DNA from: an uncultured bacterium | GTDB lineage: Bacteria > Oederibacteriota > JAAXVQ01 > JAUVAV01 | Reading direction: 5' to 3' | Length of the DNA: 64,000 nucleotides | Assembly (NCBI GenBank): GCA_963710755.1 | Contig: CAVQBK010000005.1 | Span: 1-64,000 of the forward strand | Shown here: positions 29,901 through 40,005 of the stretch, piece after piece | Numbering within the stretch: position 1 is the stretch's first letter | How the letters are laid out: the number at the start of each line of letters is the position of its first letter | Made by a program: the position numbers and the translations under genes | The notes under the pieces: generated by a model | Told to the model about the DNA's origin: nothing | What the model saw: only the letters and a program-made list of their open reading frames with translations | Databases searched by the model: none

Positions 29901-30186
29901 GATACTTTTCACGATTAGTCGCCAGCATGGTCTGGCTGGCCATGACAGTTGCCACCTGCCGCACTGCATCATCATAAGCACTAACAGGTAAACCGGGATT
30001 GATAACACTAAGCTGCTGACGCAGATAACGAACCAACACCACCTCTTTATCAGACATCCGGCCTAACAAACCATCAACACCAAAAGATTCGTTGTTATAA
30101 GCATAAGCCGATTCCCAGCCAAGCTGGTCAGCGAGGTAATTGGCAGTGGTTTGTTGGACTAAAGAGTCTTCGGTGTATTGGTTCAT
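26956..30186 (-). CDS. hsdR: Type I restriction endonuclease subunit R
   Basis: VNGLPLLFIECK nuclease motif, WHTQGAGKS, TDEAHR, GFTGTP, MWLTGFDVP, QAIARANR. Confidence 0.97.
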   Translation of the reverse strand: MNQYTEDSLVQQTTANYLADQLGWESAYAYNNESFGVDGLLGRMSDKEVVLVRYLRQQLSVINPGLPVSAYDDAVRQVATVMASQTMLATNREKYQLIKEGVQVTFRNAKGELDKQRLMLIDFNRPDNNHFLCVRELWVKGDLYRRRVDIAGFVNGLPLLFIECKNIHKNLRTAFEKNFSDYKDTIPHLFHHNAIVMFANGINAKIGSISSQWAHFHEWKRLDEDDPGVVDMQTLLKGVCSKANFLDILENFIIFDDSSGETRKIVARNHQVLGVNRAIEAVKDRKNRQGKLGVFWHTQGAGKSYSIAFFTQKVHRKLGGNYTFLILTDREDLDTQIYKTFAGCGLADNDKSPCRAASGKHLNQLLQEHKAYIFSLIQKFNQKVEPEQPYTERDDVIVITDEAHRTQYGTLALNMRNALKNASFIGFTGTPLFNDDQITRRVFGDYVSTYDFSRAVEDKATVPLYYDARGEKLGIAIDDMNERIAEKLEEWEAEGIEEQLRLEKELMRDYHVITAGKRLDQIARDFVEHYSNAWETGKAMLVCIDKITCVRMHKLIEFYWQERIKALQINKNKHEDEQEHIFRKRWINWMAETQMAVVISEEQGEVDKFRKWDLDIIPHRKLIKEGMELPESMRQKPEYINKQRMPLDDAFKAQEHPFRIVIVCAMWLTGFDVPSLSTLYLDKPLKAHTLMQAIARANRVNEGKNNGLVVDYCGILKNLRKALATFTGKPGDDRKKDPLETDDRLLDDLAEAISYIKAILKDKGASLDAMQKAEGFERIKAIDLIKEAVNENDESRKRFEVMCRSVFKIFKACINNKGINQYRADYDAINFIYKCLQEDREHADISAIIKQLHEVIDDAIEVDENRVKETQDVYDISNIDFERLRKEFERSQKKHTTVQSLRQAIEMKLQRLLDQNPMRTNYQQRFEEIIAEYNREKDRVTIEKTFETLVKFIRELDEEKTRAVKEDLDEESLAIFDLLKKTNLKPNEIKQIKKVAVGLLELLKEKIAPIDHWKEGESTRDAVRLEIKDFLWQDETGLPVDVYNEEEVKTKAENVFLHIFRAYPTVPSPIYSVNYK

Positions 30187-32456
30187 TCGGTTTCCCTATC
30201 TGTAGAAATAAGCTTCACCATGCCATCAAAATGGTTGCTATCAACTTTTTTCATCATTTCAACAATACATTTCATTACTTCTACTGTCTCACCTAGAATC
30301 GTCGGGTCATGCTCCGGTTCACTAACCCCTCCAGAATGTGAGTACGTATGTAACAATCTCAATATCTTAGTTTTCTTGTCCACATCGTAGTCAACACGCT
30401 CAAAGCGTTTTCTTAAATCACCGCAGCAATCTGGATATCGGTATGAAAAAAACGTTTCAAGCAACCGACGTGCAATATTAGGCATACCATAATATTGTGA
30501 TAATTCAGATCCTGTCGGGTTGCTATTAGCTACATCATAGACATGTCTAAACAAAAAGTGATATTCTGATTCGAATTCTTCCAGTAATGGATCAATTGAC
30601 GACAGTTTAGCGTTTCTTTGATCACCATCTTTTATAGCCAACAATGCATAGAAACGCCCAGGACGTTGTGTAATATCATTTTTCTTTTGTCCTGGCAAAT
30701 GATGAAACCAATTTTTAATTTGACGAAAGAATGCAAAATTATGTGTCAGAACAAATAACTGTTGGCATTCTTTTGTCCGCTCTTTCATGTAGCCAAATGC
30801 GGCAAACAATGCATTTGCATCAAGGCTTGAGACAGGATCATCAATCACAACAACGCCATTTTTTATATCAAATTTCTTATCTTCCAATGATTTTAAAAAA
30901 TAAAGAAATGTTATTGCTGTACGCTCACCCTCACTCAAGTCTTTTGCTGGAATTCCAGCACGAGTTAGCACATATCCTGTATCTTTGACTTGAAATTGTA
31001 ATTCATCCCGCCCGAGATAATCTTTTAATTCTTTATTCAATTCTTCAGCGGGACGACGGTGTTCGATTATTTCACGCTCAACAACCTCAATCTGTTTACT
31101 TATTTCTTCAGGTTTGTTCTTAACATTGTCATATTCTCTTTGCCTCTCAATAACTGTTTTGCATAATTCATCATATTCAGTATATGTCTCAAGAACATAA
31201 TCCTGCTCTAATAATTTATATGCCTCATCAATTTTATCATTTAAATTTTCTGTTATCTCGTTATGTTCATCAATGAAAGCATTCAGTGAATCAATTGCTT
31301 CCAAAAGGGATTGGGGTTCTCCTTTTTCAATTGTAACTACCTTAAATGGTGATGTCATTTTTTGTGACAAAGCATTTTTGTATTTACTAAGTTCATTATT
31401 AACATTTTTTATTATTTCTTTTGCTGCAGTAACAGCATTTTTATACTTCGCTGTTAGATTTTCATATAACCTTGACTCATCAGAAAACACCACATTTCCA
31501 ATAACATCCATGTGTCCATTAATTTCAGTGATCAGATCTTCTATATCTTTTTGAAATTCATTAAAAGCATCATTGAAATGTCCTTCTAATTCTTCGCGAC
31601 GCGCACCAGATATAACATTACCGCAAAACCTACATGTACCAGACTGATATTCACCCTCGTGTAATTCGAGACCCCTTTTCACCCATGAAGCGACATCCGC
31701 ATCATTCGCTAAAGCTTCAATTACCTGTGAAGCAATCATGCGTTTAAGTAAATCCGATGTTTTTATATAAAGATCATTTAAATCCGGACAAGAAAAATTA
31801 ATACGAGCAACATTATTTTTTGCCTGTAACTCTTTTTGTATTCTTAAGCTGTTTTTTTCTTCATCAGACAGTTTCGTAGGTCGTGGTACTTTTCCTTTAA
31901 GCTCTTTCGCAGCAGTATCATATCTCCTTTTATCATAAGTGGCATGTTGGGCAGAGCCAAGCAAGGCTTCTTTTATTAATTTAGCTTTGCCTATACAAAA
32001 ATCATCCAATGCTTTATCTGCATTACGTTTATTATTATCTGTCTCATCCAACGTCTTATTAGCAGATTCAAGTTCTTTCTTTAATTGTTCGATTTCCTTT
32101 TGTTTGCCAATATTCTCTTCTCCGATAAAATAAATAGGCGTCACATTATCCTGATCAACGGATTCAATTGTTTTTTTAACGAATGACCGATTGAATACTC
32201 TAACGGCGGGTGTCGTTATTTTCGATAAGTTAGAACCAGATATTTTATTTCCATTATCCAATTCAAATGCAACTTCGCCTTCTGTAATATCACGTTTGTC
32301 TTGAACATGCTCAAACAGTGAAGAAACCGTTGTCTTCCCGGTTCCATTCCATCCGTAAATCACATTAAATTGAGCAAAAGAAGTCAAATCATCCGGCCAG
32401 CTAAATTCTCGGAATATCCGGTGGTTTTTAATTTTCGAAATACGAGAAATTTTCAT
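30183..32456 (-). CDS. rloC: RloC-like AAA_13/SMC-type ATPase with zinc hook and C-terminal HEPN anticodon-nuclease domain
   Basis: Walker A GWNGTGKT, RVFN, CRFC hook in coiled coil, LSEGE signature, IDDPVSSLD, LTHN, NIARRLLE and RLLHTYSH; located inside an hsd locus. Confidence 0.8.
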   Translation of the reverse strand: MKISRISKIKNHRIFREFSWPDDLTSFAQFNVIYGWNGTGKTTVSSLFEHVQDKRDITEGEVAFELDNGNKISGSNLSKITTPAVRVFNRSFVKKTIESVDQDNVTPIYFIGEENIGKQKEIEQLKKELESANKTLDETDNNKRNADKALDDFCIGKAKLIKEALLGSAQHATYDKRRYDTAAKELKGKVPRPTKLSDEEKNSLRIQKELQAKNNVARINFSCPDLNDLYIKTSDLLKRMIASQVIEALANDADVASWVKRGLELHEGEYQSGTCRFCGNVISGARREELEGHFNDAFNEFQKDIEDLITEINGHMDVIGNVVFSDESRLYENLTAKYKNAVTAAKEIIKNVNNELSKYKNALSQKMTSPFKVVTIEKGEPQSLLEAIDSLNAFIDEHNEITENLNDKIDEAYKLLEQDYVLETYTEYDELCKTVIERQREYDNVKNKPEEISKQIEVVEREIIEHRRPAEELNKELKDYLGRDELQFQVKDTGYVLTRAGIPAKDLSEGERTAITFLYFLKSLEDKKFDIKNGVVVIDDPVSSLDANALFAAFGYMKERTKECQQLFVLTHNFAFFRQIKNWFHHLPGQKKNDITQRPGRFYALLAIKDGDQRNAKLSSIDPLLEEFESEYHFLFRHVYDVANSNPTGSELSQYYGMPNIARRLLETFFSYRYPDCCGDLRKRFERVDYDVDKKTKILRLLHTYSHSGGVSEPEHDPTILGETVEVMKCIVEMMKKVDSNHFDGMVKLISTDRETE

Positions 32457-33649
32457 ACCACCAATTCTCCGTTCATCAGTTTGGGCAATAGTAAATCTCG
32501 GGCTTTAATAAGTTGTCTATTCATTGCTTGCAGGTTCTTTATTTTAGCGAGAAATGGGCCAACGTGATTCCGAAACATTTCCAGAATTACTTCATCCGGA
32601 AGAACCATTTCGTATTCGCGTATTACTTGCTGGCTGATATTTCTTTGAGCAGCGCCTTGGCCGAGATTGCGCAAGCCTTCTTTATTTGATAGAAAAAACA
32701 TAAATGCATGTTCATAGCTTGTTCCTTTAAACTTCGGCATAACTGCGCAACATGCTTGATTACAGGTTGACTCATCAACTATTACACCAACTTGGCCAAT
32801 TGTAGCTCCATACATTGCAATTAATACGGTATTGGCGGGCAGCAACTTTGCCGATGACATTTTTATTGCATTCTCAGTTATGTGTTCTTCTGTATCAAAC
32901 AAGAAGCAATCCAACAATTCTTGAGTTTTCACCCACTTAATATCACCGCCATAGAATTCTTGATTCTTTCGGTTTGGAGTACCTCCCGATGTTGTATCAT
33001 AAAAGTCCCTTACCACTCCTTTCTCCCACCCTTCCGGCACGCCGTTTTTTATTTTGACATGCTCATGTCCGGGAAAGCGGAAGTGGACGAACCATTCTTT
33101 GTACAAAAGCCTGGCTGATTGTTCGAGCAATTGTATTCTGCGGCGGTTGTTTTCGATCAGATCGTCGTAGGCGGAAAGGATGGAGGCGATTTTTCTCTGT
33201 TCTGACAGCCCGCAGTCAAGTATTTCTCCACGCAATACAGTCTCCGCATCTACCGCTGGATAGGATGTTCCTTTTGCATTATTTGCTAAATAATTTGTGA
33301 ATTTCTGATCGGTAACCGCATAATATATAAAACGAGGCTCAGTATTATTCTTTGATCGTAATACTGCAAAACCAGTGGAAACGATCAAATTATTTTTAGG
33401 GTCTTTTAAAAATAAAAAAGAACGCAAATTAGGTCGCACCATAGAAAGAATAGTATCCCCATCTTTAACTTTTCTTTTTGCCCTACTTGGTGCTTCAGAT
33501 AATTGTAGTAATTTTGGACTTTCAATTAACTGTCCCGTACCAACTGATGAAATATCAATATATTCGATTTCATTTTCAGCATATGATTTTGATATTGACT
33601 CGGGATTTATCTCAACAAATTTTTGCAAAGGTGTTGTTTTCTTACTCAT
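32453..33649 (-). CDS. hsdS: Type I R-M specificity subunit S
   Basis: Two TRDs with conserved EQRKIASILSAYDDLIENN and ARDLLLPKLMNG; start at ATG 33649 after GGAG. Confidence 0.95.
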   Translation of the reverse strand: MSKKTTPLQKFVEINPESISKSYAENEIEYIDISSVGTGQLIESPKLLQLSEAPSRAKRKVKDGDTILSMVRPNLRSFLFLKDPKNNLIVSTGFAVLRSKNNTEPRFIYYAVTDQKFTNYLANNAKGTSYPAVDAETVLRGEILDCGLSEQRKIASILSAYDDLIENNRRRIQLLEQSARLLYKEWFVHFRFPGHEHVKIKNGVPEGWEKGVVRDFYDTTSGGTPNRKNQEFYGGDIKWVKTQELLDCFLFDTEEHITENAIKMSSAKLLPANTVLIAMYGATIGQVGVIVDESTCNQACCAVMPKFKGTSYEHAFMFFLSNKEGLRNLGQGAAQRNISQQVIREYEMVLPDEVILEMFRNHVGPFLAKIKNLQAMNRQLIKARDLLLPKLMNGELVV

Positions 33650-33680
33650 GTTAATTCTCCAGCTACACATCATTTGATAT

Positions 33681-34700
33681 TTAAAAATCCTTACCTTCCA
33701 ACCGTTTCACTTCTTTGTCAAAATCAGAACTATAATTTTGATCCTGGATTTGACGGAAGGTTTGGTATTCCTGCTCGGCTTTGAGTTTGGCTTCCAGGGC
33801 TGTGATTTTGCCGCTGTCTTGCAGGATGGGATAATCAGAGAGTTTTAGGAAGTCATCTAAAAAGGTGCTCCACTCCTGCATTTTGGTAGCGATCTGGCGC
33901 TCGGCCCGGCTTTCTGCCAGATCGAGATAGGCCGATACGATGCGATTAAGCTCTTTGATATGCGCTTCATTAAGATAGTTTTTAGCGATGGTGACATCGG
34001 ATTTTAAGATTTTGCCTTCCGGTGCTTGTTTCCAACTGGTCAATCCCATATAAAGCTTAGTCGCATCTGCTGAATGATAGATAATCTCTGCCGCGGTTTG
34101 GCCGGTGATAGCCCAATGCAGTTTGTTCTGCACTGTTGCGAAGAATGCTTTGGTCACAGGCGCGTTTTTATCATAATCAATGGCCAGGCTATAAATATCG
34201 GTAATCTTTTGATAAAAGCGGCGTTCACTAGCCCTGATCTCGCGTACGCGCTCTAATAATTCGCCAAAATAATCTTTGCCAAACTTTGGACCTTGTTTTA
34301 AGCGCTCATCATCCATGACAAAGCCTTTGATAATGTACTCTTTTAATGTTTTGGTAGCCCAGATGCGGAATTGGGTGGCTTCATAGGAGTTGACACGGTA
34401 ACCTAGAGCTATAATGGCATCAAGATTGTAGAATTCTACATTGCGTTCAACCTGACGATTCCCTTCAGATTGAACTATCCGGAATTTCCGGATAGTTGCT
34501 TCTTTCTCTAATTCCTTATTTTTGAATATATTTTGTAGATGTTCGTTTACTGTTCGGACATCTACAGCAAACAATTCAGCCATTCTTTTTTGCGACAGCC
34601 AAAAGGTCTCATCTTGGTACATAACTTCAATATGGACTTTGCCCTGAGGCGTGGAATAGAAAATAATATTTGATTGTTCTATGGCGTTGTTGTCTTCCAT
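33681..34700 (-). CDS. rhuM: RhuM-family protein
   Basis: ETFWLSQKRMAELF, YNLDAIIALGYRVNS, IRASERRFYQKITDIY, VQNKLHWAITGQTAAE. Confidence 0.9.
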   Translation of the reverse strand: MEDNNAIEQSNIIFYSTPQGKVHIEVMYQDETFWLSQKRMAELFAVDVRTVNEHLQNIFKNKELEKEATIRKFRIVQSEGNRQVERNVEFYNLDAIIALGYRVNSYEATQFRIWATKTLKEYIIKGFVMDDERLKQGPKFGKDYFGELLERVREIRASERRFYQKITDIYSLAIDYDKNAPVTKAFFATVQNKLHWAITGQTAAEIIYHSADATKLYMGLTSWKQAPEGKILKSDVTIAKNYLNEAHIKELNRIVSAYLDLAESRAERQIATKMQEWSTFLDDFLKLSDYPILQDSGKITALEAKLKAEQEYQTFRQIQDQNYSSDFDKEVKRLEGKDF

Positions 34701-36748
34701 TAGATACCCAGTTCCTCAAAGTTTTTCTTGATGATCTTGGCCAGTTTGTTAGCTTCCTGATTCAAGTCTTCCAATTCGACATGGATCTCGCGCATGGTCT
34801 CTTCAAAATCAAAGTTTTCATCTTCTTCCTCCGGCGCGACGCCAACATACCTGCCTGGTGTCAGACTCCAGTCATTGGATGCCAATGTTTTATGATCCAC
34901 CAGCTTGACCAGACCTTCTACATCTTGCAGTTTGGCTTCCGGGAAACGACCAGTCAGCCAATGAGCCTGTTTCCAGAAATAGCGTACTTGTTTGAGCTGT
35001 TCCACCGCGATTTGGCGGTATTGGTCGATTTCTTTTAAGTTGCGCTGGCTGCTTCGTGAGGCCTGGCCTTCTGTATTGGATATTAATTTGTAAATCAAAT
35101 CAGTCTGCTTGACCAGATCACGGCTGGTTTCACCTAATCCGCTTAGACGATCGACAGCTTGTTTTAAAGCGCCATTGCTCTTTTTCTGTGCTTGCCATAA
35201 TTTTTTTTGCTCGTTAATGGTTTTATTAAATGCTTCACTATCTTTTTCAAAGGTTTTTAGATTATGGGTAATCTCTTTTTTGTTTTCACTATTTTCTGTC
35301 AATGTTGGCAGCAGCTCTTTCATCCCTGCTATAAATTGCGGGAGCGGTTGAATAGCCTGGCTATCATCATCTTTAGTTTTAAAACAGGCTTCTGCTTCTT
35401 GGATGATGTTATGACAATAATTGCCGACTACATCTAAATAGTAGCTGGTTTGTCCCTTATAGAGTGAGACAATGGCCAGTAAGTTATTTTCCTGCTCCGG
35501 ACTAAAATCAAATATTTTACGGGTAACCTTGCGATAGATTTGACGGGCATCGATCATCAGGACTTTGTCTTTATGTTGTTTAGGTTTGTTACGGTCTAAA
35601 AACCATAGTTCACAAGGCACGGTTCGGGTATAGAAAAAGTTGGACCTGATGGCAATCATGATGTCCACACTGCCTGATTCAATCAGCTTTTGCCTGACCT
35701 TGGCTTCATCCCGGCCGGCACTGGAGGCCTGAGAGGACATGACAAATCCGGCTCTGCCCTGCTCATTTAAAAAACTGTAAAAGTAACTGATCCAGATATA
35801 ATTGCCGTTACTGATTTTTTTCTTTTTATTCACCCCCGGCAGTCCAAAAGGCAGTCGCTCTTTATCATTTTTTACCTTGGCCTCGTCAATCTCATCGACA
35901 TTAAAGGGCGGATTGGCCATGACAAAATCAGCTTTGCCGGTCAGGTGATGTGGTTCTTCATAATAGGTAATCGCTTTATTGATATTGCCTTCCAGGCCAT
36001 GAACAGCCAGATTCATTTTGGCCAGACGGATGGTAGTGGCATTTTTTTCCAAGCCGTAAAAAGTCAATTTTTCCGAAGGATTTTGATGCCGGCTTTCTAC
36101 TACCTTGGCGCTTTGGACAAACATACCACCTGACCCGCAAGCTGGATCAAGAATGATCCCCTTTTCCGGATTAATCACATGGGCGATTAATGAAACCAAA
36201 GAAACAGGCGTAAAAAACTCGCCGCCATCATGGGCTTTTTGATCGGCAAATTGAGTGAGAAAATATTCGTAAATGCGGCCAAAGACATCACCAGATACTT
36301 TTTTTAATTCTTCAGGATTGAGGGTGCGCAAGAGTTCGCCCAAGACTTCATTATCCAGTTCTTTATATTCATTTTTAGGCAAAACACCTTTTAGGTTTTC
36401 ATAGTCTTTTTCTATGGATTCCATGGCATCAATAATCGCTTGCGCCCGGTCCTGATCTTCACTTAAAGCAACCAGATGATCAAACTGCGCTTGGGGCTGG
36501 AGATAGATGGCGCTTTCTCGGGAAAAATCTTCTTTGGTAAGCGGCCTGGTGTGACCGCCCCGCTTAGGCAGGTTGGGTTCTATTTTGGCTTTGATCGTCA
36601 AATAACGGCTATAGGCATGGCGTAAAAAAATCAAGCCCATGACGGGCAGAAAATATTCATTACTGGCATAATTGGAATTGGCTCTTAAGGTATCCGCAGC
36701 GCTCCAGAGTCGTTTTTCAATAGCTTCAATGTGTTCAAGTTGTGCCAT
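34700..36748 (-). CDS. hsdM: Type I R-M N6-adenine methyltransferase subunit M
   Basis: LWSAADTLR, GEFFTP, DPACGSGGM, NPPF, LTPGRYVG. Confidence 0.97.
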   Translation of the reverse strand: MAQLEHIEAIEKRLWSAADTLRANSNYASNEYFLPVMGLIFLRHAYSRYLTIKAKIEPNLPKRGGHTRPLTKEDFSRESAIYLQPQAQFDHLVALSEDQDRAQAIIDAMESIEKDYENLKGVLPKNEYKELDNEVLGELLRTLNPEELKKVSGDVFGRIYEYFLTQFADQKAHDGGEFFTPVSLVSLIAHVINPEKGIILDPACGSGGMFVQSAKVVESRHQNPSEKLTFYGLEKNATTIRLAKMNLAVHGLEGNINKAITYYEEPHHLTGKADFVMANPPFNVDEIDEAKVKNDKERLPFGLPGVNKKKKISNGNYIWISYFYSFLNEQGRAGFVMSSQASSAGRDEAKVRQKLIESGSVDIMIAIRSNFFYTRTVPCELWFLDRNKPKQHKDKVLMIDARQIYRKVTRKIFDFSPEQENNLLAIVSLYKGQTSYYLDVVGNYCHNIIQEAEACFKTKDDDSQAIQPLPQFIAGMKELLPTLTENSENKKEITHNLKTFEKDSEAFNKTINEQKKLWQAQKKSNGALKQAVDRLSGLGETSRDLVKQTDLIYKLISNTEGQASRSSQRNLKEIDQYRQIAVEQLKQVRYFWKQAHWLTGRFPEAKLQDVEGLVKLVDHKTLASNDWSLTPGRYVGVAPEEEDENFDFEETMREIHVELEDLNQEANKLAKIIKKNFEELGI

Positions 36749-37253
36749 GAGTCTCCTAATATAAAATCATTTTTAAAATTGCTGGTTTTAAAGATAATTC
36801 AAGAAATGCAATTCAGTTATTATATAGGCGCCCGAAAGTGTAGTCAATTAAACAGAAATCCGGATTTGCGATCAAGTAGTAACAACCAGGATAATCACAA
36901 AATTGTCACACATGGTTTTGGAGAGGAAATTAAATATTTTTACATCGGGCATACTAATCATGATGGTCGTATTTTAGCATCACCATCAACGCTACCTAAT
37001 CCCCAATTACCCTCAATAGCGTTATCTAATTTAAAGAGGAGTTTTTTATTATGGCTAAAGTACCTGATAGAAGGGCCAAGAATTCCGGTGCCAGCCACAT
37101 TTGCAATGTCCTGCTCCGTCAGGCAGCCTTCATTGAGCGCCTTGCAAAAATGACAATGAGCAATGAATCTGTTGGGTTTTATATTTTCCCCTCGCCTTTC
37201 CCGGAAAGATAAATTAAAATAACGTCAGGAGAAGTAATCATGACGTTTAGTTG

Positions 37254-37283
37254 CTCGACTTCAGCAAATTTGCTGAAGTCGAG
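37254..37283. repeat. Perfect 30-bp intergenic palindrome
   Basis: CTCGACTTCAGCAAA-TTTGCTGAAGTCGAG. Confidence 0.85.
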
Positions 37284-37532
37284 TAGGTATTTAAAAACCC
37301 TCCCGATAGCTGCCCAGTCGGAAATTATTCATTGCGGGCGCTACCGGGCAAGTCAGCGATGACCGCTTAAACCGCGCCAAGTATAACCTTGTTTTATATT
37401 TGTCCATATCTGGGTTAGCTCCGGATGTTGCGCTGCGGATGCGTCCCAATGATATATATTTTTCCGGTCGGGATGGATAATCCGGATTTACAGCCTCTTA
37501 TCCAGCTCTGCCGGACAGCCAAATCAGGATAG

Positions 37533-39221
37533 TTGAAGCCGGTGATTACCTTTTTCAAAGATCAATTTAACCGTTATATTCTTCCGATTGATACCCGTAT
37601 TCTTTTGGGCATCACTTTTGCCGGCGTCCTATGTCTTCATTTTGGTTTATCAAATTCCGGTTGGGCTCTTGTGCTTGCCGCATTTGCGGTTCTTCTTTTC
37701 AAGAACCTTGACGTACAGCTCGCAAAACAATCTTCAATCTCTCCCCGGACTGAAATCATCGTCCTTATATTAATAATTGCTGTCGCGGCATTTTTCAGAT
37801 GGTGGCAGCTATCCAAACTGCCGCCGGCTTGCTGGTATGACGAAGCGGAAAACGGCCTGGCTGTCCTAAAATTCATGCACGGGCAATGGTTTCTATTTAC
37901 AGCCAACCGGCACGGTATTCTCCTGTACTTATGGGTCCTGCCGTTTTTTAAGTTCCTTGAGCCGACCATTTTCACTTTGCGTTTCGCCACTTCGGTATTG
38001 GGGCTGGCAACCATTCCCCTGGCATGGCTGCTTTTTCGGCAATGGACAACAAAAGAAAATGCCTTGATCGCCGGCTTTCTTCTTGCCACCGCATTTTGGC
38101 CTGTTTTATTAAGTCGCATTGCTTTTGTTGCCATTGCCACTCCGCTCTTTGACGCCCTCATGATATTTTTTCTATGGCAGTACTCCGAATCCCGCGCACT
38201 GAGATGGCTTATCTTGGCCGGATTCACCGCTGGTATGGCAAACTATGGCTATTCCGCCTCACGGCTCAGTTTGTTTCTGCTGATCATAGGAAGCTGGCTG
38301 TTTTCTCCCCATCTTAAAGGTCGTCTTTTTAAACGGCTGGCCATCGTCGGTCTTGGTCCCCTGGCCGCGGGCATAATCATGCTCCCGTTATTTTTTTACG
38401 CGCTTCACCATAGCCAACATTTCACCCAACGAAGCCATGAAGTTTCCGAGATTTCAGAAATCGTGTCAAATCGCACCTTAAAACCGTTTTTTAATAATCT
38501 GAGAGCTTATTTTCGAATGTTACATGAACGCGGCGACGGGAATCTTCGTCATAATATCCCGCATAGACCCATGCTCGATCCCATAACCGGATTCTTGTTT
38601 ATAACCGGCATCATTGCAGGGATTAAGAACCGGCGGCTTCCACATATAAAATTCTTATGGTGGTGGTTGCTGATATATCCCGTGGCTGCGTCTTTCACCA
38701 AGTCCGCCCCTCATGCGCTGCGAACTTTTTCGATTATTATTCCCATCTGTTTTTTATGCAGCCTGGGGTTAAACTTTGTGCTTAATCGCTTTTATTTAAC
38801 ACATAAATTAAAACTGGCCGCAATTTTGACGGTATTAGCCTTGATCGGCAGTATAAATTTTTTCAATTATTTTAAGTCCTATGCGAATTATCACGGCTTA
38901 AGCAGTGAATTTTCACCCTTGGCCCATGCGGTCGGTTTGTATTTACAAGATTATCCATCCCAACATCGCATTATTTTGGATGCTTCCATAAGCTCCAGCG
39001 TAGTTCGATTTATTGCCAATCAAACCAAAGATGAAATCCTGGATATAAATAAACGAAAGCAACCCCATGCAAACGATGTCTATATTTTCCGGACTCTTGA
39101 AACCGCCAAACTCTTTATAAATATCAACCAATACCAATATCAGGAGATAAACCGAAACTTTGGCATGAGATTTTGGCTATTTGAGCCCATGCTTAAACAC
39201 GGGTCCCCTATATCCCCATAA
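37533..39221 (+). CDS. GT-C fold glycosyltransferase (ArnT/PMT_2-like)
   Basis: Multi-TM, WYDEA motif in the first loop, TLRFATSVLG, LSRIAF; start uncertain. Confidence 0.82.
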   Translation: MKPVITFFKDQFNRYILPIDTRILLGITFAGVLCLHFGLSNSGWALVLAAFAVLLFKNLDVQLAKQSSISPRTEIIVLILIIAVAAFFRWWQLSKLPPACWYDEAENGLAVLKFMHGQWFLFTANRHGILLYLWVLPFFKFLEPTIFTLRFATSVLGLATIPLAWLLFRQWTTKENALIAGFLLATAFWPVLLSRIAFVAIATPLFDALMIFFLWQYSESRALRWLILAGFTAGMANYGYSASRLSLFLLIIGSWLFSPHLKGRLFKRLAIVGLGPLAAGIIMLPLFFYALHHSQHFTQRSHEVSEISEIVSNRTLKPFFNNLRAYFRMLHERGDGNLRHNIPHRPMLDPITGFLFITGIIAGIKNRRLPHIKFLWWWLLIYPVAASFTKSAPHALRTFSIIIPICFLCSLGLNFVLNRFYLTHKLKLAAILTVLALIGSINFFNYFKSYANYHGLSSEFSPLAHAVGLYLQDYPSQHRIILDASISSSVVRFIANQTKDEILDINKRKQPHANDVYIFRTLETAKLFININQYQYQEINRNFGMRFWLFEPMLKHGSPISP

Positions 39222-39586
39222 TGGAGGAAACCGGTGGCTGGCACAGGTTTTCAGAAAAAAGATTTCCGATCTTTTACATGCCAGCGGCCATTGCCTTCCG
39301 CTATGTTGGCAACAATGGAAAATGTCGCACGGTTTAGTTGATCAACAAGATAAAATGTTCCTCTTGGAAAAGTCCCGGTTATTTTGGATATTTCGGCGGC
39401 AAAGGTTACGGATTTTTGGTAGACCAGAAAATTTGGAAAAACCTTTTATGGCCATTAGATAAAATTAATAAAAATCGAAAGGTGAAAGGCGATAGGAGAT
39501 TGTGAGGCGAAAGGTGACCGCAGGGGATCGGCTTGCCGTTTCCCCTATCCCCTCTTCCCTGCTCCGTTTTTCGCGGAGCGAAAAAC

Positions 39587-39663
39587 TGGCGTCCCAGCCA
39601 GGATTCGAACCCGGGGCCGACGGATTAGAAATCCGTTGCTCTATCCAGCTGAGCTACTGGGAC
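39587..39663 (-). tRNA. tRNA-Arg(UCU)
   Basis: GTCCCAG acceptor stem, TAGCTCAGCTGGATAGAGC D arm, ACGGA-TTTCTAA-TCCGT anticodon arm, GTTCGAATC, encoded CCA. Confidence 0.97.
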
Positions 39664-40004
39664 GTTGACACCGGCTTTTGCCTTGCATAGCGCGCGGCAA
39701 TGGTGAATTGATAGAAATAGTTGTTCCAAAATTCCGCGGTCATGCCCCATTCATTCCGGGCGGCAAAATAATCAGCAAAGGTTTCCCGGGCGCGGACGAC
39801 TTCTTTTAAACGCATTTTATTTTTTTCATCTTCGAGAGTCAAATCAAACAATTCCAGCGCCCGGTCAAAGGCCTTTTGCGCCGAGACCGCGTTGCCCTTG
39901 GCGCGCCAGTTGATGGCTCGACCAACCTCACTGCCGATATTGGCCATTTGTTCCATCAGACTAAATTTTTTCCAGCGCCCGGCAGCCATAGAGCTATGCT
40001 GCAT
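39654..40004 (-). CDS. Conserved-looking hypothetical helical protein (EQMANIGSEV motif)
   Basis: Starts 1 nt after the stop of the upstream DUF5674 gene; stop codon overlaps the tRNA-Arg 5' end. Confidence 0.7.
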   Translation of the reverse strand: MQHSSMAAGRWKKFSLMEQMANIGSEVGRAINWRAKGNAVSAQKAFDRALELFDLTLEDEKNKMRLKEVVRARETFADYFAARNEWGMTAEFWNNYFYQFTIAARYARQKPVSTSQ

Positions 40005-40005
40005 G

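Noticed and set aside
36731-37153. 140-aa plus-strand ORF upstream of hsdM
   Set aside because: Overlaps the hsdM start on the opposite strand, no RBS, no family features
26900-39663. Integrative element with an att site at tRNA-Arg
   Set aside because: No integrase and no duplicated tRNA-Arg 3' end found by eye
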